A DNA stretch of 64,000 nt from Camelus ferus (GCF_009834535.1 NC_045707.1:58344001-58408000), one strand, 5' to 3'. Numbered from the stretch's first letter, positions 24,031-37,975 are shown. Notes: generated from the sequence alone by a model not told the origin. Translations and numbers: made by a program.

Positions 24031-26193
24031 AATGGGCATAAATCTTACCTATTTGCTTTGCTTCTATAAATCTAGGGAAGATAAGGGCTGGAATGGGAAA
24101 AGATGTTCTGGCTGCCAGGCCACACACTCTTCACCAGGGTGCTGTGGGATTTTAATAACCACACTAAGTAGATGATTCCAGGGCCTCAGTGGTCTTACCT
24201 GAGAAGCTCCGTGTGCGGAGAACGGCATGAGTGCCCAGGTCCACAGCTCAGAATGGGGAAGAACACACTCAGCTCTGCTGGCAATACAATCCCTGACTCC
24301 AAGGAGTCTTTCTGTTCCAAACACATCTTCTGAGGGCCTGTGGACAATACCCAGTGAGAAAGCAATTCATTATGAGTGAAAGTGGAGAAGGAAAACGCAG
24401 AACAAAAGTTCCTTTCCTGGAAACAAACAGGCCACGTTGATTACACATTCAGAATAACACAGACTGAAGCCCGGTGGTCGTGCCCCGAAGCAGCCCTGTT
24501 TAGCCAGGTTACAGCTGGGATCTTAGCTACTGCCTGTCCTTCCCTCACTGTCTGATTTTATTTGTCCCTATGTGCCAAAGTCTTGGATTTGCCCTGGTGA
24601 GCTGGCAGCAAAGATGTGCTTATTCCCCAATTTCCTGGGGTGACGTCCTGTAAAGAAGGGGCCTGTAAAAGAAAAGGTTGTGCCGTCCCCTGGGTCCTGT
24701 TCCTAGGGTGTGGGTGGCTGGTGGGGACCACGGTGCCACCTGCCACACTCTGGAATCCACCTCCACCCTTGGTCAACTTTCTCCCTCATCAGGTTCTGCT
24801 CCTTCGGGAGGAATCTTCCGTAGCATTTTCTGCTGCCTTTGTCTTTCTGCACTTTTTTCTCTGTTCGCCTGCTGTGACACAAAATGGGGCCCAACCCTTG
24901 GGAGCTTCCTGTTGAAATGTCATCTTTACATTTTGGGACTAGTTTTTAGCTCCGTCTTCCCTTCAGTACGTGTGGATGTGCTGAGAAACAATTCCCACCT
25001 GACTAACATCAATACCCTTTTCCTCTGTTTCCGCTTTCCCGGCACAAGCGGAGTATGGACTCCTCATGATCCTCTGAGGGAAGAGAACAGGAAAAGAGAA
25101 GAGAGACCTTTGGGAAAGTCTTAGGTAAACAGGACTGACCTTGTGTAAGGAGTGTTGCTGTTATTATATAGCAGTGAAAATACAAAAGATAGGGGGGAAA
25201 AAAACAAGGTAGTAATCTTTGTCCAAATATGGCCCACTTGAACTCTGGATGGTATTTCGGCACGGTAGGAAAATTCCAGAAATCCCTCTGGCTGCAAATG
25301 TTTCCCTCACTTTATCTGCCTCTGCTGATAAAGCAGATGAGCTGGGTACCAGGAGGTATGGGTTGTTGGAAGGAGCACAGCCCGTTTGGGGCACCGAGAT
25401 CCGTGCCTTCCCCTAGTTCTTTCCCACTCCCTGACCTGTCACTTCACTTACATCTTCCGTCAGGAGGTTAGTTTGTTTGGCTTCTTCAAATATTGATCTC
25501 AAAGAAGTCAGACCCTCGCCTGCCCCCTGTGCCTTGGGAGCACTGAACTCACAGGGAGGGGAATTCTGCCCAAAAAAAAAAAAAAAAAAAAAAAGCCTAG
25601 AGTTTCTGGCAACTTTGCTTTCCTTGGCACACTCACCAGAACCAAGTCTACTGGGCCCGTTCACAAGCCCAGTGCCTCCAGCGGGGAGGAACATGTGGCT
25701 CTTGGTCCCCACATTTGCTCACATGACCCGTCTGCTCAGAGCTCTGACCAGTTGGGCACCCCTGCTTCTGAGCAAGCCAAACACTCGTAACTTGTCGGTG
25801 GAAATGAAACAGAGTATTGTACAAAAAGGCAGTGCAGGATTGTTTAACTCTGGCTCATTCTTCTGAAAAGCTCCTTTTGCTCTTGCAGAGAAGAGCATAT
25901 GAGAGAAGTTCCAAAATTCAGGCAGAAATTCAGAGGGACAACAATGCAAGCTTAAGCTCCAGCTTCTGGGCTACACGAGTGAGTGAGATGGTTGCAGACA
26001 GGCCAGAAACTTTGGCCCGGGCTGTCCGTGCTGCGTTGCGATGTGCATCTGGATGGATCCACCCCCGAGGTTGTTTATTTACCATGAGAACTGAAGGAAA
26101 AGTTCAGAAACATCCTGTCACAGGATGTGCGTCTGGCCGGCCTGAGCCCTGCTCCGGAGGAAACCTGGAGCCTGTGCAGGATTGGTGGCATTA

Positions 26194-26207
26194 CTGCCCT
26201 CTAGTGG
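26194..26207 (-). promoter_or_regulatory. CTCF core motif
   Basis: Reverse complement CCACTAGAGGGCAG fits the CTCF core consensus CCASYAGRKGGCRS at every position; occupancy unknown. Confidence 0.55.
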
Positions 26208-27480
26208 TCTGTCTGAGGCATAGACGAATAAACTGCAGGTGTCCCCCCAACCCCCGGAAAATGTATCCCAGTCCACTCCCAGGTGGTGTGTAGGAGAGAG
26301 AAAGGAGGCAGGGAGGGAGGGAGAGGGAGAGAGACAGGAAAGGGAGAGGATTCTTGCCAGTGGAGCTCCTCTCTGAGGCTCCAGTGACAGGGCTGCTGAG
26401 GTCTGCTCAGGGCCTCAGTGAGAACATTTTTCCCCAGGGTTCCAGCAAGTGGTACTGGCTACAAACCTTGACTGTGGGCTTGTACTCAGGCTCTGGGTTC
26501 CTTTCCAGCCTCCAGAGCTTTACATCAGCTCCCCTTGGCCCACATTCCCTTCCAAGGAATTTATGTGATGGAGCAAATTGTTGGACTGGTTGAGTATTTC
26601 TCAAAATTCTAAGACAGTCTGAAACCCAGTGCTTTGATCTGCCACATCTCCTTTCCTAGGCCCCTTTTTAGCATTGGGTTTGAAGGCTTTCCCTGCCTCT
26701 CCTTTTCCTTCTCCCGTTTATCTTTCATAGGTGTTATCTCAATAAATCTCTTGAACTTCTAAAAAAAAATACCAGCTGGTTGGAACCAGGTGTTGCAAAC
26801 GTCTCCTCCAGACCAAGCTCCCTCTCTTGCCTCTGCCTTTCTTGTGTGTTTTTAGGTCATTCTCCCAAACGCTCTGGCCTCGCTGTGCACTTAACTTCCT
26901 TCTGCCTTCCCCCAGCAGAACTATGGTCCAGTTCCTCAGGTGCCTGTGGGCAAGAATGTTGAGAGAGCTGTCTCAGCCCTTAGGGAATGACAGGAATGCA
27001 GAGAATTTCTGCACTACTTTTCAGACCCACGGGAAAGAAGATGGAGGGGGGAGGGGGTGGACCTTCACAAACACCCCAGATCACAGTGACCTCAGGAGAA
27101 GGAACCGACTCTGAAGCCACAGTCTCCCCTTGGAGTCCTTTCCTGACTGCTGACCTCAGAACAGTGGCCGCTGGGAAAGGTGGTGGCTGTGTAGCCAACT
27201 GCAGGCACGCCACGCGACTGTGGCTCTGAGTCTTGACATGTGGCTTGTCTGTTGTGATCTCTTGGTTGTCGTCACTACAATAGGTAATGTGAGGCGACTT
27301 TGTAACAGTCTTTTCAGGGTGGAGTTGTGGAGTACTGTTCCTGGGTCTGTGACATCCTGGAACTTCCCCCAGGGTCTCATTTCCTTCAAGAAAGGGGGAA
27401 AAATATGGCAGGAGTTTAACTCAGAACTCTCACCAGAGTCCCACAGGCTCCCCTTTCACACTCACTTTTTTATTTGGTTA

Positions 27481-27568
27481 TTTTTTTTTTATGGAGATAC
27501 ACGGGGATTGAACCCAGGACCTCATGCATACTAAGCACGCACTCTAGCACTGAGCTACACCCTCCCCC
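27481..27568 (-). mobile_element. tRNA-derived SINE (Vic-1-like)
   Basis: poly-T, ggggattgaacccaggacctcatgcatactaagc...tgagctacaccctcccc; degenerate TSD t(a/g)tttggtt(a/g)tt. Confidence 0.88.
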
Positions 27569-27751
27569 TGTTTGGTTGTTTTGTGGTGTCTTGCACTTAA
27601 CTCACATAACTATGAGAATGATCATCAGCCCCGCCCCCACCCAACCAGTTTTGTGACAATCAGAAGAATCTCACATGGGGGACAGGATTTGGGGAGTTGA
27701 GGAATGTTTTGAATTATTTATTGAGCTATTATCTTGAGTCATTGCTGGCTC

Positions 27752-27887
27752 TTTTTTTTTTTTCCTTTTTTTGGGGGGGGTTAATTAGGTTTATTTATTT
27801 AGTTATTGTAATGGAAGTACTGGGGATTGAACCCAAGACCTTGTGCATGCTAAGCGTGTGCTCTGACCACTGAGCTACACCCTCCCT
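27752..27887 (-). mobile_element. tRNA-derived SINE (Vic-1-like, long-tail form)
   Basis: poly-T, gggg, taggtttatttattt, then gtactggggattgaaccc...tgagctacaccctccc; same tail layout as the 11809 copy. Confidence 0.88.
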
Positions 27888-30339
27888 GCTGTATCCGGCT
27901 CTTGAAGATAACATTACCCTCTAACACTGCAGCCACCTCACACCCCCGCCCTGCTCCACCTTTGCCTCCATAAACATCTCCTTAGAAACACAGACGTGTT
28001 ACTTAGGACAGGTGACACTTCACAGTCAAGGAGTGCAAACATTAACATGGGTAACCAGCTTTGTGAGACTCTTTCCTTGTGTTACAGTATAAACATGAAA
28101 GGGTTTTATTTTTCCCACAGTCGCTACTGTGTTCTGGCAAAACTCTCTTTGCCTGCTGGGTCCTTCACGGCATCTCAGCCCAATTCTGTAAGTTCTCCGG
28201 ACATGGAATGCAGGTAGAGTTTTGTTTGTAGCTACAGGCCTTCCTCAACAATTCTCCATACTTAGTGCCTGACTGCCGTCTGTGACATAGTAATATCCTG
28301 GTTCTCAGCCCTGGCTTCATACTAGATTCAGTCACTCTGGAAGTGGGACCTGAGTCTGAGTAGTTTAAAAAGTTTAAAATCTGCTAGTGATTTTGGTTCA
28401 CATTGAGGGTTAGGAACATGACACGATCCATGGAGGAAGCACGGGGTCCTGAGGGCCAGCGTGGAGAATTACTGCTAAAGTGAGAGACATGGTGTGGGGA
28501 AGATGTGGTTCTCCAGCTGTGGCGGGAGGCAGCAGGCTTCTGTAGGAGAAAGCAGATTTGAGGGATGAAGACTCTGGGGGGAGGGGAGGCCCTAGAAGAG
28601 CTCTAGTTCCCCCAAAGTCTGTCTTTCTCGTCATTTTGTTTTTCTCATCATCAAATATCCAGTCTCACTCCTTGAAAAAGACTTACTGGAGTTTTTGCTC
28701 TTAAACTTTTCCTTAGCCCTGCCATAGGGCTGCACAAGGCACCATGCCCGGGGCCTTGTTCAGACGTGGACCTTGCCCTGTGACTTAGCAGAGAGCAGGG
28801 ATAAGGGCAGACTTCTGCAAATGGTTATCAGACAAAGCCAGTCTCTTTGAAGAGGCTGAGCTCCTGCCTCTGAGAATGATTACTCCTTCCTCCTATGGCA
28901 GTTTTAAGTCCCCCTACCCTGACATCTAGCTTTTTCTTCTTTCCACGCCTTCCTTTTCATCTGCTTCCTTTCGCCTGGTGCTTTATAGTAAGCCCACCGG
29001 GTAGGTGGTTGACCTGAAAAGTCCAGAGGAAGAGTGCGAACATCTCTTTTTTTGTCTTCTTTTTAGGAGTGAGAAAACTTTGCACTTCTTTCCGTGTCTC
29101 GGTGACCAAGATTGGCTCCTATGTCCATTTTAAACCAATAACCAGTGAAGGGGATGGGCCTCTCACGGGCGCATTAGGCTGGTCCTGAGGAGCAGCGTGA
29201 TACCGCAGAGCCAAGCACCAAGAGCGCTACACTCTGCTCCTCTCTCTCACAGCACTTTTCACATCACTTTGCAATATTCTCTTCGCTTGTCTGTTTGCTC
29301 TAATAAGTCAAGGATCTTGTCTTATTGATCTTTTTCTCTCCACGTCCTGCAGGGGTTTATCATCTTATTGTTAGAGACAGAATATCCACCCATACATAAA
29401 ACCCACATAGGCATTTCAAGCAGATGCAAACTACGTGTAGGCACACAGTTTGGTTCTTGAACTTGGGCACCCCAACTGGATCGGCATCATGAAAGGCCAC
29501 TGTAGCCAAGTCCATTGGAAATGCATTTCCGCTCAGCAGATGGGCAGTAGCTTTTCTGGTTTCCTCAGATTCCCCTGAAATTCTGAGAAGCCTCCGCCTG
29601 TATTTTCCTCTCGCAACTTAGTCACGTGGTTGTTGGTCATTTGCCATTGATACAGTAGTGGGTGCAAGGATTTTCATAAAGTCAGAGGGCTTCTGTGAGT
29701 CTCTTAATGACTAAGGGACTTCACTCCGTTTCCTGGAAGGTGCCTGCATCTGTAGTCAGGCAGGCACTTGAAGGTCTCCTGTGATGCTCTCTCTCACTCC
29801 TTTTTGGCAGGTACACCCCCATTGTTTGAGCAGCTTTTGTCAGGTGCTATTGATTAGGACTGTTTGCCAGAGCACAAAAGAGTTGGAGAGAGACCACACT
29901 GGAATAAACAAGACGCTGAACTCAGGGGAGCCTGGGAGAGCCCTGGGTGGCCGAGAAGAGGGTCGTGTACTACAGCACTCAGGGCATAGGGGGAAGCACC
30001 TGTCAATTATGGGAATGACATATAAACAATTGTTTATAAAATGCTTTTGGAAAGTAATTCGGACAAATTGGCTTAAAAGGAAATAGATGCTATGTGGGAT
30101 GATGTTAAAGAAGTTAGCTGAGTGCTAATATACTGAATAGTAGTGTAGTTACCTAGTTTGGAGCTTTATCTTTTTTCAGATGTAAACCCACAGGCCCTGC
30201 TAAAAGGATGGGTTTAGGCAGTCAGGTTTGTACTATGGAACCCACACACCCCTGTCCCCCCAAGATTGCACTAAGGATGTGGAAACCGGATCTAAGCTGA
30301 AGTAATTAGATTTTCTTAGTTTCTTAATGACCCCAAAAT

Positions 30340-31065
30340 GATGGTCCATTGATGTTGAGTTTGGTCCAGTGCCCCAGCTGGGTTTGGCTTCAAAGGGTAG
30401 AAAGCAAAAATTATAATGCCTCCACAAGATGGAAACTCCCTCTTCTCTCACATAAGCGGAGGCAATCCGGGGCTCCCATGGCAAGCTGTTTCATTGCCAT
30501 CAAAGACCCAGGCTTCTTCTGTCCTGCTGCTCTCCCGTCTTTCAATGAGTGTTTCTAAGCAGTGATGTGCTGGTAATCTCATCCTTGGAGCGGGGACCGG
30601 AGGGCTGATTTGTAGGATTTCCCTGATTCCTATGTTGGAAATATTCCCTGAATGGCCCATTTCAAACTACCAGTGGTTTAATAACTAGTTCGCAAAGTTC
30701 CCGAATGTTCAGCATTCTTCTCTCCTGAGCCCATGAGCCAGCTCTAGCATACGCCTGCTTCTTCCTCATGGTCCAGAATGGCTGCATTGTCCAGAATGGT
30801 CCAGACATCAGAACTGCATTGCAACCAGTAGAATGGAGGAAATCAAAAGGGAAGCAAACCTCCTCCTTTTTAAGGATATCTTCCAGAAGTTGTGCACAGC
30901 CCTTCTGCTTAAATCCCATGGGACAGAACTTAATCATATGACCACATTTACTTGGGAAAGGTATGTTTTATTCTGCGTTTCCATGTGCTCAGCTGGAATT
31001 TGGGTGTTCTGTTACTAAAGAAGAAGAGGGTAATAAGTCGGGGGGGAGAAGGAATCTCTGTCACT
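30340..31065. mobile_element. MaLR (MLT1-like) LTR relic with a nested LTR fragment (~30660-30950)
   Basis: catcaaagacccaggcttcttctgtcctgctgctct...gggtgttctgttactaaagaagaag. Confidence 0.55.
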
Positions 31066-32364
31066 AATGGTAACACGTGGCTCCACATAAATGTCTAAGT
31101 TAATGAGGAAACAGAAGCCCATGTTAAAAAGAAGTTCATTTTCAGAGTGAGAGGGAGTGGATTACAGCCAGCATGATCCATGTAGCTTCAGAGAGGGAGA
31201 AAACAGCTGCTTATTATTTAGATTTTAGGGTAACCAGTGATAATACCCCTTTCTCTCCTGAGTTGGAATCAGTGGAGAGGCAGATACATAAGGCAGAAGG
31301 AGATAAAAATGTCACCTTTATTACTGATTAAACAGTTTGGAGAACTTTGACCCTGCAGTAACAAAGGGCTCACTAACTTCACCCCCAAAATAAACTTCTG
31401 CACCTGTCCAAGCAGAGTTGAAAAACTACAGTGCTGCCACCCTCCCTGCCCTCATTTATCCCTGCCATATGCACCTGCCCTTGGCTGTGCCCTGTAGGAA
31501 CCCCCTCCCCCCAAAAAAGAACAAGGGGCTACCCTAAGCATGTACTTTCTTCTCCCAGATTCACCCATCAGAAAGTTAAGAGTGACTGAGGAGTAGGGAG
31601 AGAGGCCAGGAAATGCCCATCCATGTTAAAACAGGAGGAACAAGTGCTCCTGCTAATACTTGAGCTCTTTCAGACCCGCAGAGGTTTAGCTAATCATCCT
31701 GCAGTTGGGTTATGTGAAATCCCTCTGAATCCTCACTGCTATCTGCGTTTACTTAAACGGGCACAGATGGTTTCTCTTCCAACACAAAGGTCCCTAATGA
31801 AAAAGTATAATGAAGGGCTATCTTGGGGGCAGACACTGAATGCTGTAGGAGTTCCCAAGAACATTTATAAGAGAGGGTTGGAGCAGACCAAGGATGTTTC
31901 CTGGAAGTGGTAAAACTTGAACACGTTCTTAAAGTCTGGGCAGGGTTTTCAATAGGCTGAGGGAAGGGAGGTGTTTCAATCACGGGGAATTTGATGGAGG
32001 AAACAAGAATCGGGGAGTGGACATGGCACGGTCAAGATGCGGGGAGGAGACCATAAAGGTTCTCGCTGTGGTACGTGCTGGAGAGCAGTGGGCAGTGGAG
32101 ATGGAATTAGACAGAAGAGATCTTGGGGACGCTGTCTGAACAACCCTATCAGAGGAGCAGTGTATGGAGATGGAAATTTGCAGCCATTGAAGAAAAACAA
32201 AATATGGTATTTTTCACAGATTATTCTGGAGGAAGAATGACTCCTTGAACCTTTCACGTGCATGGACCAACAGATCCCTTTGTTTTTGGTTTAATCCAGT
32301 TAAATAGTCCTAATAAATAGCCCTGACTAATGCCTTCCACTTACAGGTCATGAGGAAGTGACTC

Positions 32365-32550
32365 TCAGCCTTTTGTGTCCATTAGAATAACCTGGAAGAC
32401 TTGGGAACACACAGATTGCTCGATCCCACCCCCACAGTTTCTGGATGCAGTAGCTCTGGGTTGGGGCTCAAGGATTCTCACTTTTGGAAGGTCCTAGGTG
32501 CTGCTGCTACCGCTGCTGGTCCACGAAGCACACTTTGAGAACTGCTAGGA
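32365..32550. mobile_element. MER5A DNA transposon
   Basis: cattagaataacctggaag...cccacccccacagtttctg...gctgctggtccacgaagcacactttgagaactgct. Confidence 0.8.
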
Positions 32551-35500
32551 TGCAGGCTGGCCTGGGATGCCTCCTGTCTGGTTTTGAATGAATGAATGAA
32601 CGCATGAGAATGAATTCCCTAAACCATAACATGAGAGCTTAGATGAGATGATCTCTGAGGTCTTTTTGAATCTATGCTTCTGCTAAACCACAGGTGACCC
32701 CATGCATATTTTTCTCGCATAATAAAAACTTCAGTGTTTACTGAAATCCCCTGTGTGTGTATTAATTTTTCATATTCCATGAGGGCTCCTAGCCTGACAT
32801 AGGTGGGAATCTGAAGGCATGTGACTGGACTCGAGATGCCTTCTCAAGAGAGAAGACCCCCTTAACATGGGCCTTCCACATTCACACTCGAGAAAAGAAA
32901 AAAGAAAAACAAAAGTAGCAGCTATTTCAAATAATGTCCACTCAACTTTAACAGGTAAAAAGAGAAGGGATGAGATCTTTTCTGTAAAGGAAAAGTGCAT
33001 TTGACCCAAGACCTGAAGCTTTGCAGAGCACTCATTCAAACTTAAAAATATTCAGCCTTAAGAAAATGTTGACCCGATTCAGAACTGTCCAAAGACAATC
33101 ATCTGGACGTTGGGCCCACTGGGTCAGAGGCTTCCTAGCTCAAACTCAGCGCAGAGGACTGTAGCCAGCTGATCAGCCCCAGATGCCAGGCAATTAGTCG
33201 AGCTACGCAGCAGCACCACAGCTCTCCCTGCTCTTCGTAGCTGAGGGAAGGTGGACTGAGCAGGGACAGCTGTGGGCAGTCACCTAGTAGACCCTTCCAG
33301 ACTAGAGGTTTCCTGGGTTTCACCGGGAAGGATCTTCCTATGCAGCTCCCCATCCAGGGGATGAGGAAGAGAGGTGATGTGTCCAAGGCAACTGGATGAC
33401 GGGGACATGCAGCCCTTAGCAGCGGCGGCAAGATTCTGAGGCATCAGCAGAGCATTGAAGTTTCTTCTCTTTTTCAAGTAAGATGGGTTTTGTGGTTCAT
33501 GCAAATGAGGAAGTGGTCACTTTTTTTTTTTTTTTTTTTCGCTGAACACGCTTTCACAGAATTTTTGCTGTGGGTGAATTCTCCAGTGATCAGGACTTCT
33601 CCATGATAAGTTTGTAAATGTGGAAAATGTCCAACCCTGTAGTCTCTGACCTGAGCCAGGATAGCCTGATCTTTGTGTGCTGGATTTATTCAACAAATTG
33701 GAAACATGAGCACGGGGCAGGAGGCAGCCAGTCTACCCACTCCGGTCTCCTCTAACTCAGGCAGGACTTCACCACTGGATAGGATTTTAAATGATCCACG
33801 CACTATCTCTTCCGATTTGGAAGCTAGGCTAACTTTCCAGCTAGCTGCCTTTTCAGCCAGTTCTCTCTTAATCCTGGTCAATCTTTATGCTCTTATATGA
33901 TATGCCTACCTTTCTATCTAAACCTGTTATATCGTGAACAGCTTTGCGGTCGGGCTGTGTCTTACTCATCATTTTGCACAGCGAATAGCCATCACTAATA
34001 ATCTCAGTCCATGTCTGTGTTCTGGAGCTGAACGCTGGTACTTGTCAGCTGACTTCCTAATCTCTAAGGTCAGGATCTTCTGGCGGGGAGAGGGAGGGCA
34101 GTCAGGAACCAGGCTACCAACAGAATGGTTTCACACTACCCTACCTCACTTTGATCAATTACTTACAATGTCCTTTAACCTTGACTGCTGATAACATTTT
34201 TATTTATCCTTGAGAACCAAGCTCAGTCATTGCGTCCTCTGGGAAAATTTCCCCCTGTTTTTCGGGTACTAATATGTCCTTTCAATAGTCTTGTAATTAT
34301 TTCATGAATGAAAATGAATTCTTTGCATGTTTGTGAACTCTAAACTAATTGAAGGAAGGGCCTAGTTTGGAGGTTTTTCAGTGAATTGATTTAGCCACAC
34401 TGTAGACTAAGCCGGTAGCCGCTGTGCAGGACAATTTCGTGAGTTTAGGAAGAACTCTACTGTCTCCCTCTGTGTCCTCTTGTTTGTTTTTGAGAACATA
34501 GTATGATTCAAAGCTTTGATTCCTATTTGTTCCCTTAGCTCCTGGAGAAAGGTCATCCTGGAAGCTTCTAGCAGAGGTTTATTTTAGGGCTAAGGAATTC
34601 AGATCGCTTCTGTAGAGGCTGTTTCAACAGGGAAAGAGCTTGAGAGGGAAACAGGGACAGGGCGGGGGAGGGTAGAGAGGAAGGGTTTGTCTTGGGTCAC
34701 CAGAGATAAACTCTGCCTAGTTTCTAATTTCACCAAGGGCTGAAGCCTTCTGATGAGTTAGTCCAGTGAAAAATCCAGTGTAAAGTGGAGCTCAAGTTCA
34801 ACTCCCTGAGGCTGGAGAGAGGATGTTGAATACTGTGTGCGTCAATCATTTGTGGAAACTCGTTGTGAAATGGCTTTAAAATCTTTAGATGGTAAAGTGG
34901 TGGCAGCCGTGGAACTCTTGTGTTGAGTGTTGCCAGAAATCAGGCTATGCGCTGATGCTTTGGAGATTCCAAGTTGCAATGGATTCGACCCTAAGAAGTG
35001 TGAAAATATTTCTGGGCTTTTCTGGGAGAGCTCGTTAACTTCTTTCTGCACCCGTTCTCCTGGACGCTGAGCCAGTCGGACATTGATTAGGTCTTGGTTT
35101 GATGTTGCTCATAACTATTGACAGCTTCGTGAAGGACCTTTTCCCCTAGGCAAGGCTTGAGGGACACCGGTTAGTGAAAAACATTCCTCTCCTTTTAAGG
35201 AAAGTCAGCACTGCCTCTCCTAGTTTGCATGACTGCATCTCTGTGCATCTAGATATAGGAAATCACTAGCTTTTAATCGCCTCATTTCTGGGCCTGACCA
35301 GAATGAACTTGGTGTTTTGTATTTGTGATTTTTATACATGTCGCTGCATCTACTGACAGAGATGCGTTACTTAAAAGAGAATGTGGCTGAAACAGTTTCA
35401 AACCTGCGATGGAAATAAAGGAGGTGGGAAGACGGGGAGGAGGGCAAGTACATCATTAAACATTGAGAGGCCGGGATTCAAATTTAATTTGTAGAGATCA

Positions 35501-36051
35501 CCATCGTGAATCTAAATAAGAATAAAACGCACTTCTATGTTCTGATGTTCTGTGCATGTGTTTACAAACTGTAATATCTATGCCCCGTCTCCCCAGTTTT
35601 CTCGGTGGTCATGTAGGTGACGGTTGTATCTGGCGTTGCCTGCCTTCCCCATTATTCCACAGAGTGGAGCTGTAACTGCACCAGACGAAGCAAATAGAAT
35701 TCCGAAGATCAAAGATGGAGCGAATGATAGTGAGAGTGACGGCAGGTGTCTGTTTATCAATTGATGGGAGCGGGGAAATAACTCATCAGGTTTAGCTTGA
35801 AGATCTCAGGGTGTTGAAATCAGACTTTTAGATCTTAATCCAGGAGAATGAAAGATGAACTACCTGTAGCGTCGGCTCATGACAAGTCATTTCTTTACTC
35901 TGGCATACGAATCTTACCCACAGTGGTCTGAAGTATTCCTTTCAAAGAGATAAGTTGTTTGTTTCTCGAAACGATGGCTCCTTCCAGGTGTGCTCACTCA
36001 GGCAGGACGCTAGCATCTGGTATGTGCAAGAGAAGATGCTTTTCTTGTGGT

Positions 36052-36755
36052 ACTCACTTCATTGGCAAATATTTATTGCTGTGTGCTCTGTGCCCGGAAC
36101 TGATCTGGTCCATGAGGGGAGAGCCGAGGACTAAACAGATGAGTTCCTGACCTTCAGGGGCTCCCATTTTAGTGGAAGGAGACAGATAATAAAAGTCTAA
36201 TCAGGAAGGAAATAAAATAGGATCATGTGTTAGTAACTGGACTAAATTGGTCAGGGAAGAGCTCTCTGAGGAGGGACAAGAGAATTGAGGTCTGAATGTC
36301 GGGAAGAATGCAGCCATTTTGCAATTTAGAGGGAGGAGGGGCTGAGCGCAGCCTATTGGGTAAGAACAAGGCGGGTGGGTTGGGTTGTGATGGACGAGGG
36401 AGAAGGGAGGGTGAGGCCATGGTGAGAAGCTGGGAGTTTGGTTACACTGCAATGAGAAGTCATGGAGTGTTTTATGCAGGAAAGGGATGCGGGCTGATGT
36501 AACTAGAAGAAATTAATTTGGCTGCTCTGGAGAGGATGGACAAACGGGACAGGTGTGGTGGTGATGGACACCTGTTAGTGGGCTTAGACGAGGGTAGTTA
36601 CAGGGGAGGGGGAATGGCCAGTTTAGAGATACTTATATATTGTGGTCAGAGCTATCAGGACAAGTGTCTGTAGAACATAAGAAAGAAGACTCAGGTATGG
36701 CTGCTAAGTTTTTGACCTGAGCAACGAGTAAGTGGTGGTTCTATTAGCTAAGGCT
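36052..36755 (-). mobile_element. L2 LINE 3' region
   Basis: caaatatttattg...tggtcagggaagagctctctgaggag...tttttgacctgagcaac. Confidence 0.8.
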
Positions 36756-37807
36756 TCTAGTGGTGTTGGGGAGAGAGGGGAGTTAGACAGAGAAGGGATG
36801 CTGTACCGAGTTCTTTTCAGATTTGTGTAAAGGAATCAGTCATTTTGTGCCAGGCTACTCTGTTGATGTTATTAGGGAGATGCATCCAATACTTCTAGCC
36901 TATAGGGGGCACTTTTAGGAGACAGTTTCTTTCCCAGTACTCAGTGGCATACAATGTGTGGTCTGGGAGAAGCCTTAATATCAGAGACATGCGATTTCTT
37001 TAGTTAGGTTTTCCCCCAGACAAAAATAGTACTAAGGAAGTGAGTTGGGGCTCTCATTATCTAGGCAATAGAGGAGTAGGTTACGATTTTATTTTCAGTC
37101 AGATGGTTTGCTTATTGGCTCCAGAGGCTTTTGGAATGTTAAGTGAGTGATAACAGTTAGCCTTGAGGATAAGAAAGTAAACACAAGTAAATCCCTCACA
37201 TTCTTGGGGCCAACAACCCCCACTGAAAAGGGCAACCTTATCTAAAATGCTTGATTTTGTTGGGGTATCAGAGAGAAAGAGAGAGAGAGAATATTTTTTC
37301 CTGTAAATATTTTCTGTGAATGAAGATATATATATATATATGTTGTATGCCTATATTCACAGGAAACACTCTGTCTTCTCCCCGGTCCTCTTCCTGTGAC
37401 TATGAGATAGCAGGAACATTCACAATTTTGAATTAAAACAGCTGAACAGCATCTTGTAAGAATAATGTCTCATTCTTTCATTTGCTTCTTCTTTCATTCA
37501 TTCAGTCATTTGGTCAGTCAACAAGTATTTACTGTATACTAAGCCTTCTCTTAGCCTCTCTTTATACAAAGACTTATAGTCTATTGTTCCGTACTATTAA
37601 CTGTTTTATAGTTAAAATGAGTAACAGCAACATGTTTAATCTGGGTCTCAGATGGGGAATTTCGTGTCAGATCCTGAAAGAGGGGAGACCTCATGGTAAG
37701 CGGGTTACCATGAAGGCAGTGGGGAGCCACTGAAGGCTTTTACAGGTGGAGCGACTTGATCTGGCTTCGCACATTAGAAAGATCATTTTTAGCTTTTGGC
37801 TTTCATC

Positions 37808-37975
37808 AAAATAGGTAAACAAGGTCCTCCTACTGTATAGAACAGGGAACTATATTCAATATCTTATAATAACCTGTAATGGGAAAGACTATGAAAAAGA
37901 ATATATACATGTACTGTGATCTACACCAGAAACTAACACAACATTGTAAATAAACTATACTTCAATAAAAAGAAA
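37808..37975 (+). mobile_element. L1 3' tail (artiodactyl-type) inside an L2 relic
   Basis: aaacaaggtcct...tgtatagaacagggaactatattcaatatctt...accagaaactaacacaacattgtaaataaactatacttcaataaaa. Confidence 0.85.
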
